From Sulfurimonadaceae bacterium (lineage in GTDB: Bacteria > Campylobacterota > Campylobacteria > Campylobacterales > Sulfurimonadaceae), in NCBI GenBank assembly GCA_041562555.1, contig JBFEXS010000040.1:1-16940 (forward strand): 16,940 nt of DNA, given 5' to 3'. This document shows positions 15,747 to 16,940 of this stretch, piece by piece. Each line of letters opens with the position of its first letter. Within the stretch, counting starts at the first letter, position 1. The notes beneath the pieces were generated by a model that did not search any database, was not told the DNA's origin, and worked only from the letters and a program-made list of their open reading frames with translations. The translations under genes were made by a program, and so were the position numbers.

Positions 15747-16940
15747 TTAATATGTCGGTTCGGTATATATAATAAACTGTTTTGCCAGTTCTGTCAACTC
15801 TTTTTTCACGTTTGCCTGAAGTTCTGTGTTATTGATATCATCCAATACATCAGCCATGCGGTTCGCGATAAGCTCGAATTCAGCTTCTTTCATCCCACGA
15901 GATGTCAATGCAGGAGAACCTACACGGATTCCTGAAGTCACGAATGGAGAACGTGTCTCACCCGGTACAGTGTTCTTGTTGACAGTGATCCCTGCATTTC
16001 CAAGTGCAGCGTCAGCATCTTTTCCTGAGAAGTCTTTGTTCAGGAAAGAGACCAGTACAAGGTGATTGTCTGTTCCGTCAGAGACAACATCATATCCACG
16101 CTCGATAAGAACTTTAGCCAATATAGAAGCATTTGCTTTCACCTGTTTTGCATAGACTTTCCACTCATTTGAGAGGTTATATTTGAAACCGACAGCTTTG
16201 GCAGCGACAACATGTACCAATGGACCACCCTGCAGACCCGGGAAGATAGCTGAATTGATCTTTTTGGCGATGTCTTCATCATTACACATGATCATACCGC
16301 CACGAGGACCTGCAAGGGTCTTGTGCGTTGTAGTCGTAACGACATCAGCATAAGGGAATGGACTTGGGTGTTCACCTGCACATACCAGGCCGGCAATATG
16401 TGCGATATCAGCAAATAGGATCGCACCGACTTCGTCAGCGATCTCACGGAACTTTTTAAAGTCGATTTCTCTAGCGTATGCAGAAGCACCACAGACAATG
16501 ATCTTAGGTTGAACGATCTTAGCGATATCCATCACGCGCTCATAGTTGATACGACCGTCAAGTTCTACACCATAGGTAAAAGATTGGTAGTTCTTACCTG
16601 AAAATGACGGCTTGGAACCGTGTGTCAGGTGACCACCGTGAGAAAGGTCCATACCAAGGATCTTGTCTCCTGCTTTGATCAATGCCGCATAGACTGCACC
16701 ATTCGCTTGGGAGCCTGAGTGAGGCTGAACATTTGCATAGTTACAGTTAAAAAGCTTACATGCTCTGTCAATTGCCAATTGTTCTACTTTGTCCGCGTAC
16801 TCACAACCGCCGTAATAGCGTTTACCCGGATATCCTTCAGCATACTTGTTTGTAAAGACTGAACCCATCGTCTGCATTACAGCAGGAAGGGTAAAGTTCT
16901 CCGATGCGATCATCTCCAGATGTTCTGATTGACGTTCAAG
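15747..16940 (-). CDS. glyA: Serine hydroxymethyltransferase; 5' end lies beyond the window
   Basis: [44 protein letters not shown]-lysine motif [14 protein letters not shown] and SGIRVGSP. The frame is open to the right edge. Confidence 0.99.
   Translation of the reverse strand, partial: LERQSEHLEMIASENFTLPAVMQTMGSVFTNKYAEGYPGKRYYGGCEYADKVEQLAIDRACKLFNCNYANVQPHSGSQANGAVYAALIKAGDKILGMDLSHGGHLTHGSKPSFSGKNYQSFTYGVELDGRINYERVMDIAKIVQPKIIVCGASAYAREIDFKKFREIADEVGAILFADIAHIAGLVCAGEHPSPFPYADVVTTTTHKTLAGPRGGMIMCNDEDIAKKINSAIFPGLQGGPLVHVVAAKAVGFKYNLSNEWKVYAKQVKANASILAKVLIERGYDVVSDGTDNHLVLVSFLNKDFSGKDADAALGNAGITVNKNTVPGETRSPFVTSGIRVGSPALTSRGMKEAEFELIANRMADVLDDINNTELQANVKKELTELAKQFIIYTEPTY

Noticed and set aside
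1..16940. CRISPR arrays, tRNA/rRNA, IS elements, integron attC sites, prophage or recognised defence systems
   Set aside because: No regularly spaced repeats, cloverleafs, transposase, integrase or phage structural genes; spacers are all short.

Overview
Core-chromosome segment of a Campylobacterota bacterium, probably Sulfurimonas/Sulfuricurvum-like (inferred from gene order, protein style and TGnTAnAAT promoters). It has 18 supportable CDSs and no rRNA, tRNA, CRISPR array or mobile element. Order: oadA/pycB (5'-truncated) and oadB (Na+-translocating biotin decarboxylase); MliC/COG3650 fusion; small secreted 4-Cys protein; PAS plus degenerate GGDEF protein; dnaJ divergent from mltA-recR; CHASE4-HAMP-GGDEF diguanylate cyclase. 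The minus strand then carries glyA (5'-truncated), DUF1882, SPOR protein, trpE and aroE, interrupted by two convergent gene pairs (yjdM plus lipoprotein; Zn-ribbon protein plus stand-alone PAS). Best leads: (1) an internal Shine-Dalgarno plus ATG in oadA that would release a free biotin carrier; (2) DUF1882 as a minimal primase-polymerase (AEP) fold with two acidic catalytic residues replaced; (3) a catalytically dead GGDEF protein that keeps its RxxD site, near an active cyclase; (4) four candidate leaderless genes and a 12-bp symmetric bidirectional promoter. All family calls come from motif recognition by eye; no searches were run.
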